The position numbers were made by a program, and so were the translations under genes. The notes beneath the pieces were generated by a model. It ran no database searches. It was not told where the DNA came from and saw nothing but the letters and a program-made list of their open reading frames with translations. Positions 19,794 to 31,399 of a stretch of DNA of 64,000 nt are shown here, in pieces; within the stretch, counting starts at the first letter, position 1; every line of letters begins with the position of its first letter. The stretch comes from an uncultured Gemmataceae bacterium (lineage in GTDB: Bacteria; Planctomycetota; Planctomycetia; Gemmatales; Gemmataceae): NCBI GenBank assembly GCA_963750165.1, contig CAVVPN010000012.1, positions 992,001 to 1,056,000 of the forward strand, read 5' to 3'.

Positions 19794-21752
19794 TCACGTC
19801 GCCACGGGAAACACCTCGTCCAGCGGCACCTCCCACTGGCCGAGGCCGACGCTGACCACCACCTGGTTGCGCTTGTGGTCGATGCGGACGATCTTGCCCG
19901 GCTTGCCGAAGCGCGGCACCTGCACCAGGTCGTTCGGTTGCAGCCGCGCCCGCGCCGCGCAGGCGCCTTCCGCTCCTCCTCCTCGCGCTGTACCTTTTGC
20001 AGGGTCTGTTGATACTCCTCGCGCTGCTTCTCCGCCTCGTGCTGTGCCAGCAGCGCCTCCTCGCGGGCCTTCTCGGCTTCCGCGCGCATCTTTTGCAGCT
20101 GGGCCATCTCCGGGCGCGGCGCTGGCGACGGCGCAGGTACTTGTGGCGCGGCGCAGCAGGTCGCGCGGCAGCTTCAGACGACGGGCGATCTTCAGGGCGT
20201 TGCTCATGCCGAACTGGCCGATGTGCAGCCGATACGTCGGCCGTAGCGTTTCCACGTCGAACTCGACCGCCGCGTTCTCGGCCCGGTCGTTGTTGAAGGC
20301 GTATGTCTTCAGGTCGCCCAGGTGCGTCGTCACCATCGCCCGGCAGCCGATGCGGTCCAGCTCGTCCAGGATGGCCCGCCCCAGGGCCGCTCCTTCCGTC
20401 GGGTCGGTGCCGGCGCCGAGTTCGTCCAGCAACACCAGGCTTTTGTCGTCGGCCGACTTCAGAATGTGGGCGATGCGCGAGATGTGCGAACTGAACGTGC
20501 TGAGCGATTGTTCGAGGCTCTGCTCGTCGCCGATGTCGGCGAGGATTTCGTGGAAGACGGGCACCTGGCTGCCGTCCGCCGCGGGGATGTGCATGCCGGC
20601 CAGCGCCATCAGGCAGATCAGGCCGGTTGTCTTCAGCGTCACCGTTTTGCCGCCAGTGTTCGGTCCGGTGATGATGAGCAGGTTGAAACCGTGGCCCAGT
20701 CGCACATCGATGGGCACGACCGTGCGCGGCTCCTCGTTCGTGGGGCAAACATTCCTGTCTGCCGTGGCCGCCGGTTCGGCAGACAGGAATGTCTGCCCCA
20801 CCTTTCCGTTGCGGAAAAGATGCTCCAGCAGCGGGTGCCGGGCCAGGCGGAGCCAGACGCGGCCCTCGGTGTTGAGGTCCGGGCAGGACATGCCGTAGTC
20901 GCGGCTGTAGCGGGCGCGGGCGGTGACGTAATCCAGCCGGCCCATCGTCTCCACCGCCACCGACAACTGCCGCGCTACCTTGCCGACCTCGGTGCTCAGC
21001 TTGCGCAGCACCTTGCGGACCTCGCGCTCCTCCTCGCCCTTGAGGACGGTGCGCTCGGCGCTGAGGTTGGCGACGCTGGCCGGTTCGATGAACACCGTCT
21101 CGCCGGTGCCGCTGGTGCGGTGGACGACGCCGGGGATTTTGTGGCGGTGGTTGATATCGACGGGCAGGACGTAATGGTCGCCGCTGACGGTGGCGTTGGG
21201 GTAGCGGAGGATTTCGCGGAGGCGGGGGTCGCGGAGGAGTTTTTTGATCTGGTGCTGCACTTTTTCATCGATCTCGGCGAGTTTCTGGCGGACATTTGCC
21301 AAAGCGGGGCTGGCCATGTCGAGGACGTGGCCGCGGCTGTCGATGCAGCCGCTGATGTTCTTGGCCACGACGCCGAGGTCTTCCACCGGCGTCAGCAGCT
21401 CGATGAGCCGCTGAAATTGCTCGCTGAGGCGCATCCGGTAGCGGAACATGTGGCCGGTGCTGGCGAGCGTTTCGCCGACTTCCAGGAGCTGGTCGGCGGT
21501 GAGCATGGCGCCGATGGCGGCACGGCGGGCCAGCAGCCGCACGTCATGGACGCCACCGAACGGCGGCGACTGGCCCAGCGCCAGCACCCCGGTCATCTCG
21601 GTGACCAGGGCCAGCTCGTCGCGGATCTTCACGGGGTCGCGCAGCGGCTCGGCCTGACGTGCCAGGGCCTTGCCCAGCGAACAGGCGGCGTAACCGGCCA
21701 CGAGTTCGCGGACCTTGTTGAATTCGAGCAGTTCCAGCGTGTGTGCGTCCAT
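19794..21752 (-). CDS. mutS2: MutS2-like ATPase without Smr domain; frameshifts in the coiled-coil (about 19960-20145)
   Basis: LELLEF, SGTGETVFIEP, ARHPLL, ITGPNTGGKTV, ADIGDEQSLEQSLSTFSSH, LLDELGAGTDP and TTH; C-terminal KOW-like segment. Confidence 0.9.
   Translation of the reverse strand: MDAHTLELLEFNKVRELVAGYAACSLGKALARQAEPLRDPVKIRDELALVTEMTGVLALGQSPPFGGVHDVRLLARRAAIGAMLTADQLLEVGETLASTGHMFRYRMRLSEQFQRLIELLTPVEDLGVVAKNISGCIDSRGHVLDMASPALANVRQKLAEIDEKVQHQIKKLLRDPRLREILRYPNATVSGDHYVLPVDINHRHKIPGVVHRTSGTGETVFIEPASVANLSAERTVLKGEEEREVRKVLRKLSTEVGKVARQLSVAVETMGRLDYVTARARYSRDYGMSCPDLNTEGRVWLRLARHPLLEHLFRNGKVGQTFLSAEPAATADRNVCPTNEEPRTVVPIDVRLGHGFNLLIITGPNTGGKTVTLKTTGLICLMALAGMHIPAADGSQVPVFHEILADIGDEQSLEQSLSTFSSHISRIAHILKSADDKSLVLLDELGAGTDPTEGAALGRAILDELDRIGCRAMVTTHLGDLKTYAFNNDRAENAAVEFDVETLRPTYRLHIGQFGMSNALKIARRLKLPRDLLRRATSTCAVASAAPGDGPAAKDARGSREGPRGGAAGTARGGEAARGVSTDPAKGTARGGGAEGACAARARLQPNDLVQVPRFGKPGKIVRIDHKRNQVVVSVGLGQWEVPLDEVFPVAT
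20740..20801. repeat. GTGG-type REP doublet (family D) inserted in-frame in mutS2
   Basis: gtggggcaaacattcctgtctgccg ... cggcagacaggaatgtctgccccac, translated as VGQTFLSAEPAATADRNVCPT. Confidence 0.9.
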
Positions 21753-21896
21753 CTTCCCGTTCATGATTGGGTGGACAGCGGCCTGGCGACGGAGGTTCGC
21801 GGCCCGGCGGCATGAGGAATCTCTTGAATTGTAACGGCGGCCGGCAAATCCGGCGACCGCTTGCGAACGGCTGCAACTCTGGTAAAGTGGTGCCCA

Positions 21897-21956
21897 TCCG
21901 AGCCCGAGCGCCAGCGCGGTGGCCCGCTTGGCCCCGCGCTGGCGCTCGGGCTCGGA
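21897..21956. repeat. Palindrome (REP-like family C), copy 1
   Basis: tccgagcccgagcgccagcgcgg ... ccgcgctggcgctcgggctcgga; a related copy is at 40021-40070. Confidence 0.85.
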
Positions 21957-21992
21957 AGTAACACGGTTCGCCTTCCCGACGATAGGTGTCTC

Positions 21993-23996
21993 ATGTTGGC
22001 GCAATCCCGCCGCATTCTACTCCTGACCACCCTGTTCCTGGCCGCCGCGCCGTGCGCCGCCCAGCCGCCGCAGATGAAGTTCAACGACGTGCGCGAGGTC
22101 GCGCCCGGCGTCTACTTCCGCTACTCATCGATCTCCGCCACGGACCCGAAAATCCCGTTCGGCGGCTGCAATAACATCTGGATCATCTGCAAGGATTACG
22201 TCGTCGTCTACGACGCCAACTTCCCGAAGGAGGCCGGCGACGTGATCGCGGCGGTCAAGCAAACGACGACCAAGCCGATCCGTTACGTGCTGGACTCGCA
22301 CCATCACGGCGACCACGCCTACGGCAACGACGTGTGGGCAAAGGCGGGCGCGACCATCATTTCCTCGCGGAACACGGCCCGGCTGCTGCGGGTCAACGGC
22401 CCGAAGGAGTTCGCCGACGCCGGCAAGGGGCCGCAGGGTCGCAAGGACATCCGCAACAGCGTGCTGCGTGTGCCCGACCTGATGTTCGACGACAAGTTGG
22501 TCATCGACGACGGCACGCAGCGGATCGAGTTGCTACATTTCGGCCACGCCCACACGGCCGGCGACTCCTTGTTGTACCTGCCGCAACACAAGATTCTCTG
22601 CACCGGCGACGCCTGCGGCAACGGTGCGTTCAACTACACCGGCCACTCCGACACCGCCTCGTGGATTCGTGTACTGGAAAAGGCGCAGCAGCTGGACGTG
22701 AAGCTGATTCTACCCGGCCACGGTCTGCCCGCGGGCAAGGAACTGCTGGGCAAGCAGCGCCGCTACTTCGTGGAGTTGCGGCAGCAGATTCAGAAGGGCA
22801 TTGACGCCGGCAAGACCTTCGCCGACATTCGCAACGTCATCGACATGCCTTGGTACAAGGAATGGACAGGGGTCGCGGCGAAGGAGCGCAAGGAGAACGT
22901 CGAGCACGTCTACGGCGAGCTGACCGGCCGCGTGGCGCCCGCGGACTTGCTGGAGGACATCGGCGTTTACGAGGGGCCGTCGCCGACGAAGGACGACCCG
23001 GGCTGGACGAAGCCGAAGCGCATCATCGTGCCGAACCTGCTGCCGACGAAGCTGGCGGAGTTGAAACGGATCGCGCCGGATGTGCTGTTCGTGCCGGTCA
23101 TGAACGTGAAGGAGGCGGTCAAGGAGGCGGCCGACGCGGACGCGGTCATCGGCTTTTGCAGCGACGACCTGCTGCGGGCGGGCAAGAAGTTGCGCTGGAT
23201 TCAGGTCGGCAGCGCCGGCGTGGAGAAGTATGTGACGCCGGAGATGCAGAAGAGCACCGTGGTGCTGACGAACACGCAGCGGCTGTACGGGCCGAACGTG
23301 GCGGACCAGGCATTCGCGCTGCTGCTGACGCTGTCGCGCGACCTAGTGAAGATGAAGGGCAAGGCGCTGCCGCCACTGAAAGGCCGCGTGCAGCCGCAAG
23401 CGAAATACTGGAACGAGCTGAAGGCCGGCATGAAGCCGCAGGAGCTGCGCGGCCAGACGATGCTCGTGATCGGCCTGGGCGGCATCGGCACTGAGGTGGC
23501 GCGGCGGGCGGAGTCGTTCGGTATGCGCGTGATGGCGGTGGACCCCAACGACAAGATCGAACGGCCGCCGTTCGTCTTCAGCATCGACCCGCCGGCGAAA
23601 TTGCTGGGGCTTCTGCCGAAGGCGGACGTGGTGGTGATCGCGTGTCCGCTGACAAAGCAGACGAAGGGGATGTTCGGCCAGGAGCAGTTCGCGGCGATGA
23701 AGAAGACGGCGTTCCTGGTCAACATCGCCCGCGGCGGCATCGTCACAACGGACGAACTGGTCGCGGCGCTGAAGGCCAAGGTGATCGCCGGCGCGGGGAT
23801 GGACGTGACCGACCCGGAGCCGTTGCCGGACGACCATCCGTTGTGGCGGCTGCCGAACGTCGCGATCAGTCCACACGTCGGCGGCGAGGGCGACGGGGCA
23901 CGCGAGCGGCAGTGGCGGCTGTGGCGCGAGAACGTGCGGCGGTTCGTCGCTGGGGAGCGGCTGCTGTGCGTGGTGGACAAGGGGCTGGGGTATTGA
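21993..23996 (+). CDS. Fusion of an MBL-fold metallo-hydrolase and a D-2-hydroxyacid dehydrogenase, with signal peptide
   Basis: MBL motifs SHHHGDH, GHAHT, TGD and PGHG, then GLGGIG, NIARG, DPEPL and SPHVG. N-terminus is MLAQSRRILLLTTLFLAAAPCAAQ. Confidence 0.88.
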   Translation: MLAQSRRILLLTTLFLAAAPCAAQPPQMKFNDVREVAPGVYFRYSSISATDPKIPFGGCNNIWIICKDYVVVYDANFPKEAGDVIAAVKQTTTKPIRYVLDSHHHGDHAYGNDVWAKAGATIISSRNTARLLRVNGPKEFADAGKGPQGRKDIRNSVLRVPDLMFDDKLVIDDGTQRIELLHFGHAHTAGDSLLYLPQHKILCTGDACGNGAFNYTGHSDTASWIRVLEKAQQLDVKLILPGHGLPAGKELLGKQRRYFVELRQQIQKGIDAGKTFADIRNVIDMPWYKEWTGVAAKERKENVEHVYGELTGRVAPADLLEDIGVYEGPSPTKDDPGWTKPKRIIVPNLLPTKLAELKRIAPDVLFVPVMNVKEAVKEAADADAVIGFCSDDLLRAGKKLRWIQVGSAGVEKYVTPEMQKSTVVLTNTQRLYGPNVADQAFALLLTLSRDLVKMKGKALPPLKGRVQPQAKYWNELKAGMKPQELRGQTMLVIGLGGIGTEVARRAESFGMRVMAVDPNDKIERPPFVFSIDPPAKLLGLLPKADVVVIACPLTKQTKGMFGQEQFAAMKKTAFLVNIARGGIVTTDELVAALKAKVIAGAGMDVTDPEPLPDDHPLWRLPNVAISPHVGGEGDGARERQWRLWRENVRRFVAGERLLCVVDKGLGY

Positions 23997-24028
23997 GAGG
24001 CGACCGCGCGGCCACCCGATCGTCTGAC

Positions 24029-24247
24029 TCATGGCGGTTCGGCGAACAGTTTCATCGCCGGCAGGATGCGTTGGACGTGCGCGAAGGGGGCGTCGCGGGT
24101 CCATAACTCGAGGTCGTTGACAATGGCGAGGGTCGCAATGACGGCGTCGGCGAACGGGATCGTCACTCCGCCGGCCCGGAGGGCGCTCAGGTTGTCGCCG
24201 CCGGTGCGGATCACAGCGACGAGCACGTTGGTATCGACGAGAATCAT
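24029..24247 (-). pseudogene. vapC: PIN-domain (VapC) toxin with internal deletion
   Basis: MILVDTNVL directly joined to ...FADAVIATLAIVNDLELWTRD.PF. Only 72 aa; the central helix with the conserved Glu is missing. Confidence 0.75.
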
Positions 24248-24465
24248 GGCAGGTGGTCGCGGGCGTGGCGGAGGTCGCACTCCTCCTGCTCGCGAAGCGC
24301 CTCGAAGTCGTAGGTCGTACGGAGTGCGGAAGCAGCCCTGACGAAAGCGTCCCAATCGCCGGTGCCGGGGCGGATGGCCGGTGTCGCCGCTCGCGTCAGT
24401 TCCGCGACCGTCCGCTCCAGTATGGTGAGTCGATCGGCCAGCCCTTCCAGAGTCAGTGTGAACAT
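24244..24465 (-). CDS. Putative antitoxin upstream of the PIN toxin
   Basis: 73 aa with ggagg RBS and acidic C-terminus; ATGA overlap with the PIN gene. Confidence 0.65.
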   Translation of the reverse strand: MFTLTLEGLADRLTILERTVAELTRAATPAIRPGTGDWDAFVRAASALRTTYDFEALREQEECDLRHARDHLP

Positions 24466-24780
24466 GAGAACCTCCGTTTCGCGGTCCCGGCGCAACGGTA
24501 TTGTACCAAACCAGAGGGAGCGGTCGATCACCGGATTCGGCTTCCCGGGACGGAACCTGGCCAACGATACCCGCAGTGAGGGCAATGGGGCGCGCGACCG
24601 GCAGTGGCGGCTGTGGCGCGAGAACGTGCGCCGCTTCGTCACCGGTGAGCGGCTGCTGAGCGTCGTGGATAAGACGCGGGGTTACTGAGCGGTCGGTTGC
24701 CAGAGACTTTCGGGATGTCCGGCCGCTCACTGTCCGCTGTGTTCTTGGGAAAGCATTCGATCTTTTGACGAGGACCGACC

Positions 24781-26088
24781 ATGATCGTGTTTGGTTGCCC
24801 AGGATGCGCGAAAAAATTCCAGGCCAAGGAGGAGTTCGCCGGCCGAAGGACCAGGTGCCCCGATTGCGGGCGTGAGTTCTTGGTGCCCACGCCTGGCCAG
24901 GGGGAAGTGCAAGCGGCCGCCCCTCCCCGGTTCCCTGCCGTTCGCCCGCCCGACCCCGATCCGGACGTTCGCGAACCGGAAGCCGAGCCCGTACGGGGCC
25001 ACCGGCGGCGCGCGCCGCTGAAAAAATCCGCACGCAAAAAAATCCTGCTCATCTCCGGGGCGGTGCTCCTGGGCCTGTTCCTGACGGGCGGCCTGGTGGC
25101 GGGCGTGTACTGGCTGTTCTTCCGGCCCGTGGGGTTGACCAACGAACTGCTTTATGTCCCGGACAACTTCGAGTACATCGCCTCGCTGAACGTGTCCGGA
25201 GTGCAGTCCAGTGAACTCTACGTGTCCCTGAAACGCGAGATCGATGAGCGTAAGCCGGACCTGGAACGCGAGCTACAAAAGCTGGAGAATGATCTCGGCC
25301 TCAAGTTGACGGAGATCGAGCGCGTCACGGTGGCCGGGCTGTTCCCACGCCCCGGCGAACGCTCCGGGCCGGAATTCGTGGTCGTGGTCAAGACGAAACG
25401 ACCCGTCGAACTCCGCGAGTTGTTCAAGGGACCCGCGTTTGCGGAGTTCCAGGACAGAAAGGTTGGCGAGCACACGGTGCGGCTGTATGATCCCCAGCGG
25501 ATGGCCGTCTGTGCCCTGCCAAACCGCACCATCTTGTTCAGCTCGCACGTCGAAACCCTCTCCCGGGTTCTCAAGCGCGACCGGAAGGCCGATGTCTCAG
25601 AAGGCATGCAGGAGGCCATGAACAAGACGGATTTCACGCAGGCGTTGGCCGTGTCCATCAGCACTCGCGACCTGCGACGCGACCTGATGCGCGACCGGGA
25701 GTTTCGCAACGACATGGCCCGCTCGTTCGGCAGCGTGATCGAACCGGAGAAGTTGCTGGAACTCACGGACATGACCGTGATGCACATCCGCCTGGGGTCA
25801 AAGGTCGAAGTGGAGGCGAAGGTGCTGGGCAAGGACACCGAGGTGGTCTTCAAGGTGTCCGTCAAGACATCCGCGCTGATCGGCCTGTTGAACAAGGGCG
25901 AGTGGTTTCAGGACCGTGGCCCCGTTCGGAAAGATTTCGACCGGAAAGATTTCGGCAAGGATAAATTCGATCGGCGCGATTTTGACAAGGGCAATTTCGA
26001 CAAGCGCGGTAATGGTTTCGACCGGAGGGATTTCGACAAGGGGGCGTTCGACAAGGACGAGCGCTGGAAGGACAAAGAAAAGAAGTGA
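24781..26088 (+). CDS. Zinc-ribbon single-pass membrane protein with C-terminal (D)FDK/R repeats
   Basis: CPGC...CPDC, Pro-rich linker, one TM helix, and tail KDFDRKDFGKDKFDRRDFDKGNFDK... Confidence 0.8.
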   Translation: MIVFGCPGCAKKFQAKEEFAGRRTRCPDCGREFLVPTPGQGEVQAAAPPRFPAVRPPDPDPDVREPEAEPVRGHRRRAPLKKSARKKILLISGAVLLGLFLTGGLVAGVYWLFFRPVGLTNELLYVPDNFEYIASLNVSGVQSSELYVSLKREIDERKPDLERELQKLENDLGLKLTEIERVTVAGLFPRPGERSGPEFVVVVKTKRPVELRELFKGPAFAEFQDRKVGEHTVRLYDPQRMAVCALPNRTILFSSHVETLSRVLKRDRKADVSEGMQEAMNKTDFTQALAVSISTRDLRRDLMRDREFRNDMARSFGSVIEPEKLLELTDMTVMHIRLGSKVEVEAKVLGKDTEVVFKVSVKTSALIGLLNKGEWFQDRGPVRKDFDRKDFGKDKFDRRDFDKGNFDKRGNGFDRRDFDKGAFDKDERWKDKEKK

Positions 26089-26190
26089 CACGCCACGGCC
26101 GCCGACCGAAGGTCTCATCCGCGTGGGCCAGCGCTTGAGGAGACTTTCGGTCAACGGCCGTGTCTTGGTCCGGAGACCAAGACACAACGG
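26087..26190. repeat. Nested-palindrome element (family F), copy 2
   Basis: gaccgaaggtctc...gagactttcggtc and gtgtcttggtc-cgga-gaccaagacacaacgg, homologous to 5555-5672. Confidence 0.8.
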
Positions 26191-26204
26191 TGGGGAGTAT
26201 TAAC

Positions 26205-26354
26205 CTACATCCCCAGCGCGCCGAGGAACTCCGGCGTGCTGGGGATCTGGTGCGTCGCCTGGGTAATGGCCTGCCGCGTTGCCGAATCGGCGTCCGTCCA
26301 CAAGGTCGCCAACTCATTCTGAGCCGCGTTGTTCCAGGTCACGGTGCAGCGCAT
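26205..26354 (-). pseudogene. Truncated RelE/ParE-like toxin
   Basis: MRCTVTWNNAAQNELATLW...RQAITQATHQI resembles RelE/ParE N-termini; it stops after about 49 aa. Confidence 0.55.
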
Positions 26355-26632
26355 GATTGCTCCAGACGCTGGAGCAATTCGGCCGTCGAACAACCGCCAC
26401 CCTCCTTGCTCCGCCGGTCCAGTTCCTCGTCGCTAATGCGCTCCCGGGACCAGGCCACCAGCAGTTGGCCGCGTTCCTTCTCCGCCTGCTGCAATTGTTG
26501 GCGCAGTCGCTCAACTTCCTGTTGCAGCGCTTCTACCAGATTGATTAGCTCCGCGAGCGGGCTCACGTCTTGACCTGCCTGGTTCAGGAATGCCACCAGT
26601 TTTGCCAGTCGATCCTGTTGCAACGCTGTCAT
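26339..26632 (-). CDS. Putative antitoxin (coiled-coil, C-terminal ...STAELLQRLE)
   Basis: 97 aa with RBS; overlaps the start of the RelE-like remnant. Confidence 0.55.
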   Translation of the reverse strand: MTALQQDRLAKLVAFLNQAGQDVSPLAELINLVEALQQEVERLRQQLQQAEKERGQLLVAWSRERISDEELDRRSKEGGGCSTAELLQRLEQSCAAP

Positions 26633-26667
26633 GAGCCACCTCGTTTGGGATGAAGCCTGGCGTCATT

Positions 26668-27249
26668 CTACGTGACTGGCGCGGCTGTCAGCGGGCGCGG
26701 GAACAGGTCGCGCACCAGGCACTGAAACCCCGGCACCACGTCTTCGCCGGTCAGCGTGTCCTGTTCGTGCAGCCGCGCATCGGAGCCGCTCGGCCGGCAC
26801 ACGCGCACGGTGCGCGTCTCAGGGATGACCACCCACACCAACCGCACATTCACCCGAAAATACAGTTCGATCTTCTCCTCCACCTCATGGGCCAGGTCGT
26901 TCGGGGAGACGACCTCCACGGCGAGATCCGGGGGAATGCGCGCCCACCCCTGGGCCAATAGTTCGGCCGTCAACCGGCTGGCCTGGATGAATGACACATC
27001 CGGTTTGCGCACCATATTGGGCCGATCCGGAAAACACTGATACCCGTTCTCGGAAGTCAGCACCCAGCCCAGGTTGTTCGCCTCACAGTGACTGTTCAAC
27101 AGCCAAATCACCCGGGCGCCGATGATGCCGGTTTGAACACTCACATTCAACTCCTGTAACCGTCCGTCCACCAGCTCATAACGGTTGCCCTCTGGCATCC
27201 GGAGCAAATCCTCCGGCGTCAACAACGGCATGGTCACCGGCATGTTCAT
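26668..27249 (-). CDS. Uma2-family (PD-(D/E)XK) endonuclease
   Basis: YELVDG, RKPDVSF, PDLAVEVVSP, LVWVV.P and VPGF. Confidence 0.93.
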   Translation of the reverse strand: MNMPVTMPLLTPEDLLRMPEGNRYELVDGRLQELNVSVQTGIIGARVIWLLNSHCEANNLGWVLTSENGYQCFPDRPNMVRKPDVSFIQASRLTAELLAQGWARIPPDLAVEVVSPNDLAHEVEEKIELYFRVNVRLVWVVIPETRTVRVCRPSGSDARLHEQDTLTGEDVVPGFQCLVRDLFPRPLTAAPVT

Positions 27250-27269
27250 GACGCAAATCCTCCTTTGCC

Positions 27270-30971
<3,702 letters not shown>

Positions 30972-31105
30972 AGGTCAATACACCCAGCAAGGGTTCAACG
31001 GATACCACGGTTATGCCAGGATAGACCAAAGCGGCGGCGGACGCCAGACTTGGCGGCGGGGCATTGCTGTATTTTACGAAGGCAGGGCAAATGGGGTGCG
31101 CTGTG

Positions 31106-31144
31106 AAAAAGGCCGGCCTCCGCAGTCCCTTGCGGAGCCGGCCT
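31106..31144 (-). terminator. Intrinsic terminator-like hairpin, minus strand, about 135 bp upstream of metH
   Basis: Minus strand reads aggccggc-tccgca-aggga-c-tgcgga-g-gccggcct-tttt. Confidence 0.6.
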
Positions 31145-31147
31145 GTG

Positions 31148-31289
31148 CCTGGTCTGAGCGTCCCTGCGATTCGACCATCCCACCGCGGCGTGGTCGCGTG
31201 TGCCTGGCCCGGGGGGAATGCGTACCCGCGGGTGCGGGGCCAAAAAGTCGGACGCCGGCGCCTGGAGTGCTCAGTTGATAGGTTTTTTT
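31148..31289. ncRNA. Candidate structured RNA (long closing stem with two internal hairpins)
   Basis: ctgagcgt/gtgctcag closing stem, cgacca/tggtcg, tggccc/gggcca, cgtacc/ggtgcg; T7 follows on the + strand. Confidence 0.4.
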
Positions 31290-31399
31290 GACCCGCACCA
31301 ATCCTGGCGCTTTGGGGGCAACGTCCTGGCCCCGGGTGAGCGCTACGCAAGCGTCGGCGTCCAGTACGAACGTGGGCGCGCAGTTGAACGGCGCAAGAC

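Larger units (their letters stand above)
23886..24688 (+). repeat. Diverged 111-bp direct repeats (23886-23996 and 24578-24688) of the gene 3' end, flanking a TA module
   Basis: EGDGARERQWRLWRENVRRFVAGERLLCVVDKGLGY* versus EGNGARDRQWRLWRENVRRFVTGERLLSVVDKTRGY*. Confidence 0.9.

Noticed and set aside
30972..31289. Canonical SAM-I or cobalamin riboswitch upstream of metH
   Set aside because: A tatcaa start is present on the minus strand, but the GAGGGA/GCAACC/GTGC..AGAT core and the B12 box could not be found. Kept only as an unclassified structured element.
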